Source: Verrucomicrobiales bacterium (GTDB lineage: Bacteria; Verrucomicrobiota; Verrucomicrobiia; Verrucomicrobiales; DEV007). From it: DNA of 64,000 nucleotides. Both the position numbers and the translations under genes were made by a program. Positions within the stretch are counted from its first letter, which is position 1. Every line of letters starts with the position of its first letter. The notes below the pieces were generated by a model. The model did no database searches. It saw nothing but the letters and a program-made list of their open reading frames with translations, and was not told the origin of the DNA. Positions 1 through 9,167 of the stretch are shown one piece after another. The stretch covers positions 8,338 to 72,337 of the forward strand of contig JARGOZ010000002.1 in the NCBI GenBank assembly GCA_029213025.1, in the 5' to 3' direction.

Positions 1-432
1 GATGCGGCCGAGAATATTTGGAATTGGAATACCGTGGGTTGCGAGGTGTGTTTGGGAGCGGTATTTGTCGAACATGATTTCAATGGCCGACGGGTGGTTA
101 ATAAAGCTTGCATTCGGCTCCGTTTTCTCTATTTCCCGGAGCGTTTTCTGTAGTCCGCAATACCAGTTTACCTGATGCCGAAGTCTGCCGTGATCTTCGG
201 TCAGATTGGCCGGGCCACCGCCTTTTTCGATAAGCCGCTTTTCGACTGCAAAAGACTCTCCAGGCGATTCGATACGAACTACATAACCGGGCGCTAGGTC
301 CGGATGGTCATCTTCCGATAGAAAATCGATCCACGCGATTTCCTTTGGTGCGGGGAGGGAGAGTTTGCGGCAGGCCTCTCTGAGGTAGTGCGCTCTGCGA
401 TTTTCGGGATTGCAGATGTGTACCAGATTCAA
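1..432 (-). CDS. hypothetical protein, N-terminal part only, possibly an ATP-grasp-type ligase; runs off the window edge
   Basis: My own translation of the minus strand is open from TTG 432..430 to position 1: 144 codons, no stop (LNLVHICNPENRRAHY...FINHPSAIEIMFDKYRSQTHLATHGIPIPN). It is absent from the ORF track because there is no stop in the window. It starts 10 bp downstream of the preceding minus-strand gene. The xINxPxxIxxxxDK...GIPxP pattern resembles ATP-grasp N-termini, but this is a weak match. Confidence 0.45.
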   Translation of the reverse strand, partial: MNLVHICNPENRRAHYLREACRKLSLPAPKEIAWIDFLSEDDHPDLAPGYVVRIESPGESFAVEKRLIEKGGGPANLTEDHGRLRHQVNWYCGLQKTLREIEKTEPNASFINHPSAIEIMFDKYRSQTHLATHGIPIPNILGRI

Positions 433-442
433 GGAAACACTA

Positions 443-1195
443 TCATTTGGATTGGAGCGCCTTTTGTGATGCGGCTGCCTCGATAAATTGTCGAAACAGT
501 TTTTCCTGATCGCTGTTGTCTTTGAGTTTTTCGGGATGCCACTGAACTCCGACAACGAAGCGGTCACTCATCAATTCAATCGCTTCGATGATACCGTCGG
601 GCGATTTCGCGGCAACTTTGAGCCCTTCACCGAGGTTTCTCACCGCCTGATGATGGCGCGAGTTCACGCTGAGAACTTCTTTGCCAAAAATGGAATATAT
701 TTTTGAGCCGGTCACTATTTCGACGTCGTGATCTACCCGGTGGTCCGCACCGAATTCCGACGGAATATCCTGAATCAGCGAACCGCCCTGGACGACATTC
801 AACATCTGGCAACCGAGACAAATTCCGAGATAGGGTTTGTCGGTTTCTTTGAGCCACAATTTGGCGAGGTCATATTCAAATTCGAGTCTTTCGTCGGAGA
901 CGGTTTTCACTGTGGGATGGATCTCCTCCTCGCCATAGAGTGTCGGCGGCACATCGGCTCCGCCGGGAAAAAGTATGCCATCGAGTTTTGTGAGGTGTTC
1001 GGGGATTTTCTCGTTGTCGTAGGGCAGAATCACCGGGATTCCACCGGCTTTGGTGACAGCTTCCGCGTAGTCCGCCTGGGTGGTGTGCGGGATGCCGATC
1101 ACCGGTTTTTCGACGATGAACTGCCGCGACACGAACAGCGCTATGGCCACAATGATGACTCCACAGGCACGGGTGATGACTTTTTTGTCGCTCAT
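443..1195 (-). CDS. class I glutamine amidotransferase-like, peptidase C26 / gamma-glutamyl-GABA hydrolase family
   Basis: 250-aa ORF carrying GICLGCQMLNV (nucleophile Cys), HHQAV and GVQWHPE, the classic C26/GATase-1 triad context. Confidence 0.85.
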   Translation of the reverse strand: MSDKKVITRACGVIIVAIALFVSRQFIVEKPVIGIPHTTQADYAEAVTKAGGIPVILPYDNEKIPEHLTKLDGILFPGGADVPPTLYGEEEIHPTVKTVSDERLEFEYDLAKLWLKETDKPYLGICLGCQMLNVVQGGSLIQDIPSEFGADHRVDHDVEIVTGSKIYSIFGKEVLSVNSRHHQAVRNLGEGLKVAAKSPDGIIEAIELMSDRFVVGVQWHPEKLKDNSDQEKLFRQFIEAAASQKALQSK

Positions 1196-1198
1196 AAA

Positions 1199-1678
1199 TT
1201 ACCGGTCCGGAGGACGGTTGTATGGTATCGCTGCCGCTCTCGCTTCCAGCTCCATTCCGGAGTTGTCGTAGCCTTCGGTGAAAAGCTCTTCGAAATACTG
1301 TTCGAGAAAAGGCCGGATGCCACCCATTCTTTCATACTGCGCGATGTGAGCCATCTCGTGGACGAGAATAGAGGGATCATTTCGCGATTGTTTCACGACG
1401 TAAATTCCATATTGAGCCGCCATGCCGCCGACATCGAGAGGTTTTCCGAGCATTCGTGCCACGAAATAGGTGATCGAAGAAACCGGCAGTGGAATCATCG
1501 GCAGATAGAGCAGCCTCACCTTATCCACATCCTGGACACCGACACTGGCGGCCCACATTTTCTCTTCGCTGGTGAGTTCGATTCCTTCCTTCAGAATACG
1601 ATGTTCCTGCCTGCCTACCCACCAGGAGGCATAGGGCAGTAGCATTTTAATGCACCAGGATCGAAGAGAAGAGGACAT
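1199..1678 (-). CDS. putative zinc-metallopeptidase-like protein (HExxH, DUF4157-like)
   Basis: 159-aa ORF with VHEMAHIAQYERMGG, an HExxH followed by Q/E as in DUF4157-type domains. It is packed 3-6 bp from its neighbours on the same strand. Confidence 0.5.
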   Translation of the reverse strand: MSSSLRSWCIKMLLPYASWWVGRQEHRILKEGIELTSEEKMWAASVGVQDVDKVRLLYLPMIPLPVSSITYFVARMLGKPLDVGGMAAQYGIYVVKQSRNDPSILVHEMAHIAQYERMGGIRPFLEQYFEELFTEGYDNSGMELEARAAAIPYNRPPDR

Positions 1679-1684
1679 GCCGGG

Positions 1685-2791
1685 TTACGGAATTATCAGA
1701 CTGCGAGCCACTTCACCTTTTTCGAGGGCTTCATAGGCTTCGTTAATCTCGGTCAGAGGATAAGTTTTGGTCAAAAGTGGTTCAAGTTCAAGTTTTCCGG
1801 AGCGACTCAATTCCATTAATTTAGGAAGATCAATCCGCGGACGGGTCGATCCGTAAATTGAGCCTTTCAAAGTTTTTTCAGCATAGACGAGCGCATTGAT
1901 ATTGATCTTAGAGCGGGCTTCCGGACCGGCAATGCCCACCACGACGCAGGTTCCGCCCTTTTTCACAGCGTCATAAGCCTGCTCGACAGTTTTGGCAATC
2001 CCGATTGCTTCGAAGGCGAAATCGACACCTTTTCCATCGGTCCGCTTCATGATTTCCTCCACGGCATCGGTCTCGGCGGCGTTAATGAAATCGGTCGCCC
2101 CGAGTTTTTCCGCGTAGGGCTGCTTCGACGCAAAAGTATCCACGGCGATGATTTGGGTCGCCCCGGCAAGACGGGCGCTTTGAATGATGTTCAAGCCGAT
2201 ACCGCCCGCGCCGAAGACGGCTACGCTGCTGGCTGGTGGAACTTTTGCCGATGCAAAAACCGCTCCAAAACCTGTGATCACTCCGCAGCTGATCAGTGCA
2301 GCCTGTTGCAGAGAAAAATCGGGATCAATTTTCACAACAGCTCCCTCGGGCATTGTGGAAAGTTGAGAAAATGTGGAAACTCCGGCGTAATGATGGATGG
2401 GATCGCCTTTTTCGGTGTAAAACCGGGTCTTGCCATCCGGCATCAGACCGGTGAATCGCATTTTCGTGCCGACATCGCAAAGTGCCGGACGACCGCTGAG
2501 GCAGTATTCGCATAAACCGCAGGACATCCGCCAGATGGGAACCACGTGGTCACCGGGCTGGACCGAGGTCACGCCTTCACCGACCGATTCGATCACTCCC
2601 GCGCCTTCGTGCCCGAGGATGATCGGCATTTTCATGGGCGAATCCCCTTTCATGACGTGCAGGTCGCTGTGGCACACTCCGGAGGCATGCATTCTCACCT
2701 GAACTTCTCCGGACTGTGGCGGCAGGATTTCGACTTCCTCGATTTTCAATCTTTCCCCTGGAGCGTAGAGTATAGCGGACAGCGTTTTCAT
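1685..2791 (-). CDS. zinc-dependent alcohol dehydrogenase (class III-like MDR family)
   Basis: 368 aa. Contains GVCHSDLH, GHEGAG and a structural-zinc Cys cluster (CGLCEYCLSG), plus a GxGxxG-like nucleotide-binding motif (VAVFGAGGIGLN). Confidence 0.9.
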   Translation of the reverse strand: MKTLSAILYAPGERLKIEEVEILPPQSGEVQVRMHASGVCHSDLHVMKGDSPMKMPIILGHEGAGVIESVGEGVTSVQPGDHVVPIWRMSCGLCEYCLSGRPALCDVGTKMRFTGLMPDGKTRFYTEKGDPIHHYAGVSTFSQLSTMPEGAVVKIDPDFSLQQAALISCGVITGFGAVFASAKVPPASSVAVFGAGGIGLNIIQSARLAGATQIIAVDTFASKQPYAEKLGATDFINAAETDAVEEIMKRTDGKGVDFAFEAIGIAKTVEQAYDAVKKGGTCVVVGIAGPEARSKININALVYAEKTLKGSIYGSTRPRIDLPKLMELSRSGKLELEPLLTKTYPLTEINEAYEALEKGEVARSLIIP

Positions 2792-2865
2792 CTTTGGATA
2801 TGGAACATACCAGATTTTCCCGAAGACTCCGCCCTTTTCAACCGGGATGTCGGGCTACTGACGAG

Positions 2866-2923
2866 TAAACAGGGTACAGTCCGGCATTCAACAGGGTACA
2901 ATTCAGCATCGTACCCTGTTAGA
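2866..2923. repeat. AACAGGGTACA-core intergenic repeat locus 1 (two direct copies plus one inverted copy)
   Basis: Cores lie at 2868-2878 and 2890-2900, exactly 22 bp apart. An inverted 10/11 copy lies at 2911-2920. The locus sits in the spacer between two minus-strand genes. Confidence 0.9.
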
Positions 2924-2939
2924 TGACGACAGGAAAAGC

Positions 2940-3659
2940 TTACAACTGGGTGACTGGCTGCACGGTTGGCCACATGGTCACCTCTTCGGTCATGATGTGA
3001 GCAGGCTGGGACGCAATTTGCACGACGAGCGTTCCCAGATCCTCCGGAGAAATGCACTTTTCAAGAACCTCCTGCCCTCTCGAGCCTAATCCACAGGAAT
3101 CGGTAAATTCGGTTTGGCCCCAGGATGGAATGACCGATGTGACCTTGACTCCGTGCGGTCTCAGTTCGGTATATAGACATTTCGAAAACTGAAGCAAACC
3201 CGCTTTCGCTGCTGAATAGACACTCCATTCGCCCCAGGCGTGTTTTGCGCAGACGCTGCCTATATTAAAAATGATCCCTGACTTTTCCGGAATCATAACT
3301 TCCGCAGCCCGGCGGCAACCGAGAATGGTACCGGTCAAATTCACCGAAATCGATTCCTGAATCTCCGTGTCGGACTGTTCGGTTAGTGGTGCAATGCGGA
3401 CTCCGGCTCCGGCGTTGTTTACAAGGATATCCAGTTGTCCAACTTCAGAAAAGAGGTTGTCCCAGGCCGTTGCATCAGTTACGTCCGCTGGAAACGGGAT
3501 GGCTCCGGACTGATCGGCTGACTTGCGGAGAGCCTCTTCATTTCGTCCGGTGATCCAGACTTTGGCACCCGCCTCGACCAGGCATTTGGCGATACCGGCA
3601 CCGTAGCCCCGGGAGGCGCCGGTTACGATTGCTGTTTGATTTTTCAGGGTCTGTTCCAT
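2940..3659 (-). CDS. SDR family oxidoreductase
   Basis: 239 aa with TGASRGYGAGIA (TGxxxGxG), NNAG and the YSAAK catalytic motif. The start ATG overlaps the upstream gene's stop (TAATG). Confidence 0.9.
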   Translation of the reverse strand: MEQTLKNQTAIVTGASRGYGAGIAKCLVEAGAKVWITGRNEEALRKSADQSGAIPFPADVTDATAWDNLFSEVGQLDILVNNAGAGVRIAPLTEQSDTEIQESISVNLTGTILGCRRAAEVMIPEKSGIIFNIGSVCAKHAWGEWSVYSAAKAGLLQFSKCLYTELRPHGVKVTSVIPSWGQTEFTDSCGLGSRGQEVLEKCISPEDLGTLVVQIASQPAHIMTEEVTMWPTVQPVTQL

Positions 3660-4969
3660 TATTGAGCTTTGAATGATAAAGGAATTTCTTTACCACCTCT
3701 TTGGACAGTAAGCTCGATTTTATCTCCCGGTTTTGTGGTTTGCAGAATGTGTGCGATCACGCTCCCCTCGGAGGCAGGTCCGGTAAGTCCGGCGATTTCT
3801 TTGATTTTATCGCCGGGTAAGACTCCGGCTTTCCGGGCCACGGCATGGTCTCCGTATTTTCCGGCAGCTTTTACTTCCAGGCCGGTAGCAGTTTTACCGG
3901 ATGACGTGTCCGGTACAAGACTAAGACCGCCAAGTGCCATGCGTCGAAGATCCCAGGTCGAAACCCGCCAGGTGTAGTCGGTGTTTTTCTTCCACCCATT
4001 TTCGAGCACGATGGTGATTTCGCCCTTTTTTCCGGATCGCAACACTTGCAGAGGAATCGAATCACCACCGGCCGGGGTGTGGCGTAGCACCCATTGGAAA
4101 TCGGCTACTGAAATGAGAGGTTGTCCGGCTGCAAAGAGAATTTCATCTCCCGGGCACAGGCCTGCTTTTTCTGCCGGTGAATCATCGTTTATCCGTAGAA
4201 TTGTCGCTCGTTTTTTGGGATCCATTTCGATTCCTGCGACATCGGGCATCGGGTATAGATAGAGAATATCATCGGGAATCGGTTGACCGGCTTCACGGAG
4301 CATTTGGCGCTCTGCGTTGTGGATCTGGTGGCAATGAATGCAGCTTTTGGCTACCTGGTTTTGGTAGTTGATCACAGGGGTATATTTTTGAAGCTGCGGA
4401 TATTTCTCGGCCGTCGGGTATTTCGGTTCCGGACCTGTTTTGGACGCCAGGGAAGCCTGGTTGGCAGGATAGCCCCGGTGCAGAGCGAGAGCCGATTTCA
4501 TGGCTTCCCGCAGTCCTTCCATAGAAATTTGGTCATCTGCATTTTCCGACCTTTCGTTGCGGGTGCCGTATCGACCGTAAACCGTTCCGTCGGCATTCAT
4601 GAAAATTACCCCGAATGACATATCGAAATCGAACTGAAACCGGGCGAGATCGACACCGTTCATCTGAATCATGCGCAGGCAGACGAACTGATCCATCAAG
4701 TCGGAGATCACTCTGTTGTGACGAACAACCTGCTCGTCAAAATCATTACAGGCGTGTCACGGGATACAGCGGAAAACGATCATCATCGGTTTTCCTTTTT
4801 CGCCCGCTTCCAGTTCGGCCAGTTTCAGATCGTTGTAGATCCAGTCCTGATTTTTTTCAAGGTCGTCCCGGTCTGCAATAACCTGTTGGTCGCGACTTTT
4901 CGGAGCGCCTGTTGCAGAAAGGCCGGAGAGCAGAAGTACAGATACTGTGGCAATGGCAAAGGCTTTCAT
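3659..4969 (-). CDS. secreted thioredoxin-like / CxxCH / 2x PDZ protein with an in-frame TGA (candidate selenocysteine in a UxxC motif)
   Basis: ORFs 4757..4969 and 3659..4711 are in the same frame and are separated only by TGA at 4759..4757. The read-through sequence is ...KPMMIVFRCIP-TGA-HACNDFDEQVVRHNRVISDLMDQF... The N-terminal piece has a signal peptide (MKAFAIATVSVLLLSGLSA). The C-terminal piece has no signal peptide and only a GTG start. Downstream are CIHCH and two PDZ-like GLxPGDxI segments. Confidence 0.65.
4720..4738 (-). promoter_or_regulatory. candidate bacterial SECIS-like hairpin downstream of the in-frame UGA
   Basis: The minus-strand RNA GACGAGC-AGGUU-GUUCGUC forms a 7-bp stem (one G-U pair) with a 5-nt loop containing GGU. 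It starts 18 nt after the UGA. Confidence 0.4.
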
Positions 4970-5074
4970 ATCAGCCCTTACCGAAACAGATTTCCCTGAA
5001 AAACCAAATAAAATCCCCGATCCGGATTTCGGTATCCGATTTATCTCGACCTGACTGCGGAACAGGAGAAAATA

Positions 5075-6490
5075 ATGGGTTTTATGAAAGCGCGCTTGCT
5101 TGTGTTTTGGATATGGTTAACCGGGTGCGGGGTCGCCCTGGCGGAGCAAAAACCTAACATTCTTTTTCTTTTGGTTGATGACCAAAGGCCCGATACGATT
5201 GGTGCCTACGGAAATGAGGTGATTTCCACGCCCAATCTCGATAAGCTTGCCGAAGGTGGGCTGCGTTTTACCAGGGCAACCTGTTCCTATCCCATTTGTC
5301 ATATCAGCCGGGCGGAAATGTTATCCGGTCGGCACGGGTGGGAAAATGGAATCAACGGGATGGGCGGCAAAGCCTTCCGGAAAGATCTGACATTTTGGGC
5401 GGATGCGTTGAAGGCGGCCGGATATCAAACCTGTTATGTCGGGAAGTGGCACACCCCGGGACGTCCGGCCAGGTATGGGTATGATACTGTAAACGGACTG
5501 TTCGGCAGCGGAGGTGGAAAATGGTGGGAACCGGGACAGACGGACTGGAAAGGTTTCCCGATTACCGGTTACAAAGGTTGGGTGTTTCAGAATGATACCG
5601 GCAAAGAAAAATATCCCGAAAAAGGAGTGGGTCTCACTCCGGACATCGATGCAAAATTCGGTGACGCTGCGATTGACGCGATACGCCGTTTCGAAGGGGA
5701 ACAGCCCTGGTTTGTGCATGTCAATTTCACAGGTCCACACGATCCTTTGTTTATCCCGCCCGGTTACGAAGGCAAGTATAGAAACGAAGATATGCCATTG
5801 CCGGAAAATTTTCTTGCCGAACATCCATTCGATCACGGGAATCTGCGAGGCAGGGACGAAGAGTTGCTGCCGTTTCCGCGAACGCCGGAGGCTGTGCGGG
5901 ATTTGTTGCGGGTATATTATTCAGTGATTGATCACATCGATTTACAGGTTGGTCGAATTGTAGAGGCTTTGAAGGAATCCGGACAGCTAAATAATACTTT
6001 GATTATCTATTCAAGCGATCACGGTATGAGTGTGGGCAGTCACGGATTGAGAGGCAAGCAAAACCAGTATGAACACACGATCAATGTGCCGTTAATTATG
6101 GCCGGCCCCACTGTAAAGAAAGGCATTTCGCCAGCTCAGGTATACTTGCGTGAACTGTATCCCACGACCTGCGAATTGGCGGGCATCCCGGTTCCGGAAT
6201 CGGTAACGGCAAAAAGTTTTGCCGATGTAGTAGCCGGAAAAGCGGATGCCCACCATGACGAGATTTTCGGGTATTTCACCGACTCTCAACGTATGATTCG
6301 GACCGACCAATGGAAATACATTGTCTATCCGCAGGCAGGGAAATCCCAGTTGTTTAATCTGGAAGTGGATCCGTTTGAAAAGGATAATCTTGTCGGCGAA
6401 CCGGCTTTAGCCGAAGTGGTTTCGAATCTGTCGAAGAGGCTGGGTGAATGGAGAAAAACTACCGGAGACCCGTTGCTGACTGAAAATTAG
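5075..6490 (+). CDS. sulfatase (arylsulfatase A family, S1)
   Basis: 471 aa with a signal peptide, LLVDDQRPD metal-binding N-terminus, CHISRAEMLSGR at the formylglycine position, GKWH and SDHG motifs. Confidence 0.9.
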   Translation: MGFMKARLLVFWIWLTGCGVALAEQKPNILFLLVDDQRPDTIGAYGNEVISTPNLDKLAEGGLRFTRATCSYPICHISRAEMLSGRHGWENGINGMGGKAFRKDLTFWADALKAAGYQTCYVGKWHTPGRPARYGYDTVNGLFGSGGGKWWEPGQTDWKGFPITGYKGWVFQNDTGKEKYPEKGVGLTPDIDAKFGDAAIDAIRRFEGEQPWFVHVNFTGPHDPLFIPPGYEGKYRNEDMPLPENFLAEHPFDHGNLRGRDEELLPFPRTPEAVRDLLRVYYSVIDHIDLQVGRIVEALKESGQLNNTLIIYSSDHGMSVGSHGLRGKQNQYEHTINVPLIMAGPTVKKGISPAQVYLRELYPTTCELAGIPVPESVTAKSFADVVAGKADAHHDEIFGYFTDSQRMIRTDQWKYIVYPQAGKSQLFNLEVDPFEKDNLVGEPALAEVVSNLSKRLGEWRKTTGDPLLTEN

Positions 6491-6549
6491 AAGCTGCTGA
6501 CCGGATTAGACACGGTTGCATTCCCTTGTAATCCCGATACGATAAAGTA

Positions 6550-7776
6550 ATGAGAAATTTGTGCCTCCCGTTTTTCCTCCTCCTGGTTACTGCTGCTGTT
6601 AGCACTGCTGAAACGAGAGTTTGGACCAGCTCCGGCGGTAAACAGATCGATGCGACGATACTGGCAGTGGATGGTGATACCGTCAGGTTGGAAACAAGTC
6701 GGGGAAAGTTCGAACTACCTCTTTCGAGACTGTCTGAAGCGGATCAAAACTACGCTAAAAAGTGGGCGAAGAAGAAAGCGGAGATGTCCGCTAAAAAGGA
6801 ACCGGCAAAAAATGTTGCTACTACGCTTGGGGATTTTGACGACCTCACTCTGGGTGAATGGCCCCAGTATGTGGTAGCTGAACTGGAGAATGATCAAATC
6901 GAGATCGTTGAAACAGATGAAGAGGGGACAAAGGGTGAATTTCTCTATCGGACTCCGCATTTCGAGTTTCAGTCCCCGGACCGGCTTTCCAACAGTGTTG
7001 TCCGGGAATTTGCGAGGATTTTTGAAGCTTCTTTTGCTTTTGTTGATCAAATGCCAATCGGTTTAGCTCCCCGCCCAAGTGCCAACGGCTACTTCCAAAC
7101 CAAACTTTATATGACCCGTGAATCCTACTATGAGAATGGTGGTGTCCCGGGGAGTGGGGGGATGTTTTCGTTCCGTTATCGGGGCGAGGAAATGAGTGGA
7201 AAAATCCATGTGCCGCTGCCCAACCTGGGGGTCGAGTATACCGGAACCCGGTATATTGTGGATCATAAGAAGCGCAGTACGACTCTCACTCATGAAATTG
7301 TTCACCAGGTTATGATGCGCTGGCTGGCCACGCCCATGCCGGTGTGGTTGTCGGAAGGTCTCGCGGAAGTTGTTTCTTCGCAGGAATACAACAACGGCAG
7401 GTTTAAACTTAACTCGATGGACCGGGCGATTGTTGATGAGGTCACCAGGGGCAGGAGTCGGGATTTTCATATGCTCAATCTTGAAAGGCTAATGAACATT
7501 ACCAATGCAGAATGGGCAGCCGATTTAACCCGGAACGGATCGAATAACTACAACAGCGCCAGTGTTCTGACCTATTATTTTCTCAAGCTGGAAGGGGCGG
7601 GAGATGGTGCTTTTCTCGTGCATTTTTTACAGGATATCGCCGCCAGCGGACGGGATAGTGAAATCGTAAAAAAAGCGCAGGCCAACCATTTGATCCGGGA
7701 GCGAAGCTACGAAAAACTACAGGAAGATGTAGCTGCTGCGTGGCGAAGTGAGGGGTTGAAGATCGAGTTTCATTAG
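6550..7776 (+). CDS. secreted SHD1-domain protein with a DUF1570-like HExxH domain
   Basis: Signal peptide, then RVWTSSGGKQIDATILAVDGDTVRLETSRGKFELPLSRLSEADQNY (SHD1 pattern). THEIVHQVM follows later in the protein. Confidence 0.75.
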   Translation: MRNLCLPFFLLLVTAAVSTAETRVWTSSGGKQIDATILAVDGDTVRLETSRGKFELPLSRLSEADQNYAKKWAKKKAEMSAKKEPAKNVATTLGDFDDLTLGEWPQYVVAELENDQIEIVETDEEGTKGEFLYRTPHFEFQSPDRLSNSVVREFARIFEASFAFVDQMPIGLAPRPSANGYFQTKLYMTRESYYENGGVPGSGGMFSFRYRGEEMSGKIHVPLPNLGVEYTGTRYIVDHKKRSTTLTHEIVHQVMMRWLATPMPVWLSEGLAEVVSSQEYNNGRFKLNSMDRAIVDEVTRGRSRDFHMLNLERLMNITNAEWAADLTRNGSNNYNSASVLTYYFLKLEGAGDGAFLVHFLQDIAASGRDSEIVKKAQANHLIRERSYEKLQEDVAAAWRSEGLKIEFH

Positions 7777-9167
7777 GCGATTATATCGTGAACTACGTTT
7801 CCGTAGACATCGGTCAGGCGGAAGTCACGCCCTCCGTAGCGATAGGTTAGCTGTTCGTGGTTGAGACCGAGAAGATGTAGTAACGTGGCGTGAAGATCAT
7901 GAAGGTGGACTTTTTCGGACACTGCGGTCTGACCTGTCGGGTCGGTTTGCCCGTAGCGCAGTCCGCATTTTACTCCACCGCCTGCCATCCACATGGTGAA
8001 TCCTGCCGCATTGTGGTCGCGGCCCTTATTTTTGTTGAGAATGGGAGGGCGGCCAAACTCGCCACCCCAAAGCACGAGTGTGTCTTCGAGCAGGCCGCGT
8101 TCTTTCAGATCGGTGAGCAGGGCTGATATCGGTTTATCACTGGCAAACGCCAGCTTTTCGTGGCCCGGGACGAGGTCTTTGTGTTGATCCCAAAACCCGA
8201 GGTTCAACTGAACAAAGCGGACTCCTTTCTCGACAAAGCGCCGAGCCATGAGACAGGCTCTGCCAAAGTTATCAGTGATTTCTGTATTGATACCGTAGCG
8301 ATCGATAATGTATCCCGGCTCCTTCTCTACATCGATTAACCCGGGCATCTCCGCCTGCATACGAAAGGCCGTTTCATAGCTTTGAATGACACCTTCGAGA
8401 GTCTCGTTGATTTGGTCCTGCTTTAGTTTTGCCCGGTTCAGAGTCTGGAGAAGATCGAGTTGGCTGCGCTGTTCCGATTTGCTGATCGTTTCATTGGTTG
8501 TGTAGGGAATCGTGTAGTCTTTTAGAGTTGGTGCTCCCTTTCCGTCTCCGCCGCCCCATTGGTTGATCGGGGTTCCGGCCGTTGACGAAGGCAGAAATGC
8601 ACAACCGTATTTTCGGGCACCGCCGGCGGAAAAATCCGGATTGATGGTAATAAAACCTGGAAGGCTCTGGTTTTCGGTTCCAAGCCCGTAGACAACCCAC
8701 GAACCTACCGAAGGTCTCACAAATTGAAAACTGCCGGTGTTCATTTGCAAAATCGCCTGAGGGTGGTTGGCGATGTCGGTGTGCATGGAATTGATCACAC
8801 ACAGATCGTCGGCATGTTTGGCGGTGTGGTGGAACAGTTCGGATACCGGCAGGCCGCATTCTCCGTAGCGTTTGAATTGCCACGGTGACTGGTAGTATTT
8901 ACGGCCACCTCCGAGATCTTCGTTGTGTCTTTTGGAAAGCTCCGGTTTGAAGTCAAAGGTATCCACTTGTGAAGGTCCTCCGCGCATGAACAGAAAGATG
9001 ACCCGCTTTGCCCTGGCGGAAAAGTGAGGTTGCCGGGGAATCAGAGGGTTTACGCTTTGTTGTTCGGCAAAAAGTCCGGAGAAAGCAAGTGAGCCAAATC
9101 CGCAGGCTGCAGTTTGGAGTGCGCTCCGGCGGGAAAAATTCGGGGTATTGCGGTCAATGTTTTTCAT
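7773..9167 (-). CDS. DUF1501 domain protein (sulfatase-fold, Tat signal)
   Basis: Tat-like RRSALQTAACGFGSLAF, plus FMRGGPSQVDTFDFKP and the C-terminal DLHATLLHLLGLNHEQLTYRYGGRDFRLTDVYG typical of DUF1501. I chose ATG 9167 because it overlaps the upstream stop (TAATG), rather than the longer ORF start at 9224. Confidence 0.9.
   Translation of the reverse strand: MKNIDRNTPNFSRRSALQTAACGFGSLAFSGLFAEQQSVNPLIPRQPHFSARAKRVIFLFMRGGPSQVDTFDFKPELSKRHNEDLGGGRKYYQSPWQFKRYGECGLPVSELFHHTAKHADDLCVINSMHTDIANHPQAILQMNTGSFQFVRPSVGSWVVYGLGTENQSLPGFITINPDFSAGGARKYGCAFLPSSTAGTPINQWGGGDGKGAPTLKDYTIPYTTNETISKSEQRSQLDLLQTLNRAKLKQDQINETLEGVIQSYETAFRMQAEMPGLIDVEKEPGYIIDRYGINTEITDNFGRACLMARRFVEKGVRFVQLNLGFWDQHKDLVPGHEKLAFASDKPISALLTDLKERGLLEDTLVLWGGEFGRPPILNKNKGRDHNAAGFTMWMAGGGVKCGLRYGQTDPTGQTAVSEKVHLHDLHATLLHLLGLNHEQLTYRYGGRDFRLTDVYGNVVHDIIA

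Noticed and set aside
728-1642. Long antisense ORF (304 aa, plus strand) overlapping the C26 amidotransferase and HExxH genes.
   Set aside because: The translation is low-complexity and R/G/F/H-rich, with no motifs. It lies opposite two ORFs with clear family signatures. It is a typical shadow ORF.
3659-4969. Treating 4757..4969 and 3659..4711 as two independent genes.
   Set aside because: The 70-aa upstream product would be a signal peptide plus half a thioredoxin motif, and the downstream product would lack any export signal. They share the same frame, and the single TGA sits at a redox-Cys position, which favours one recoded gene. Less likely, it is a fresh nonsense mutation, which remains the main alternative.
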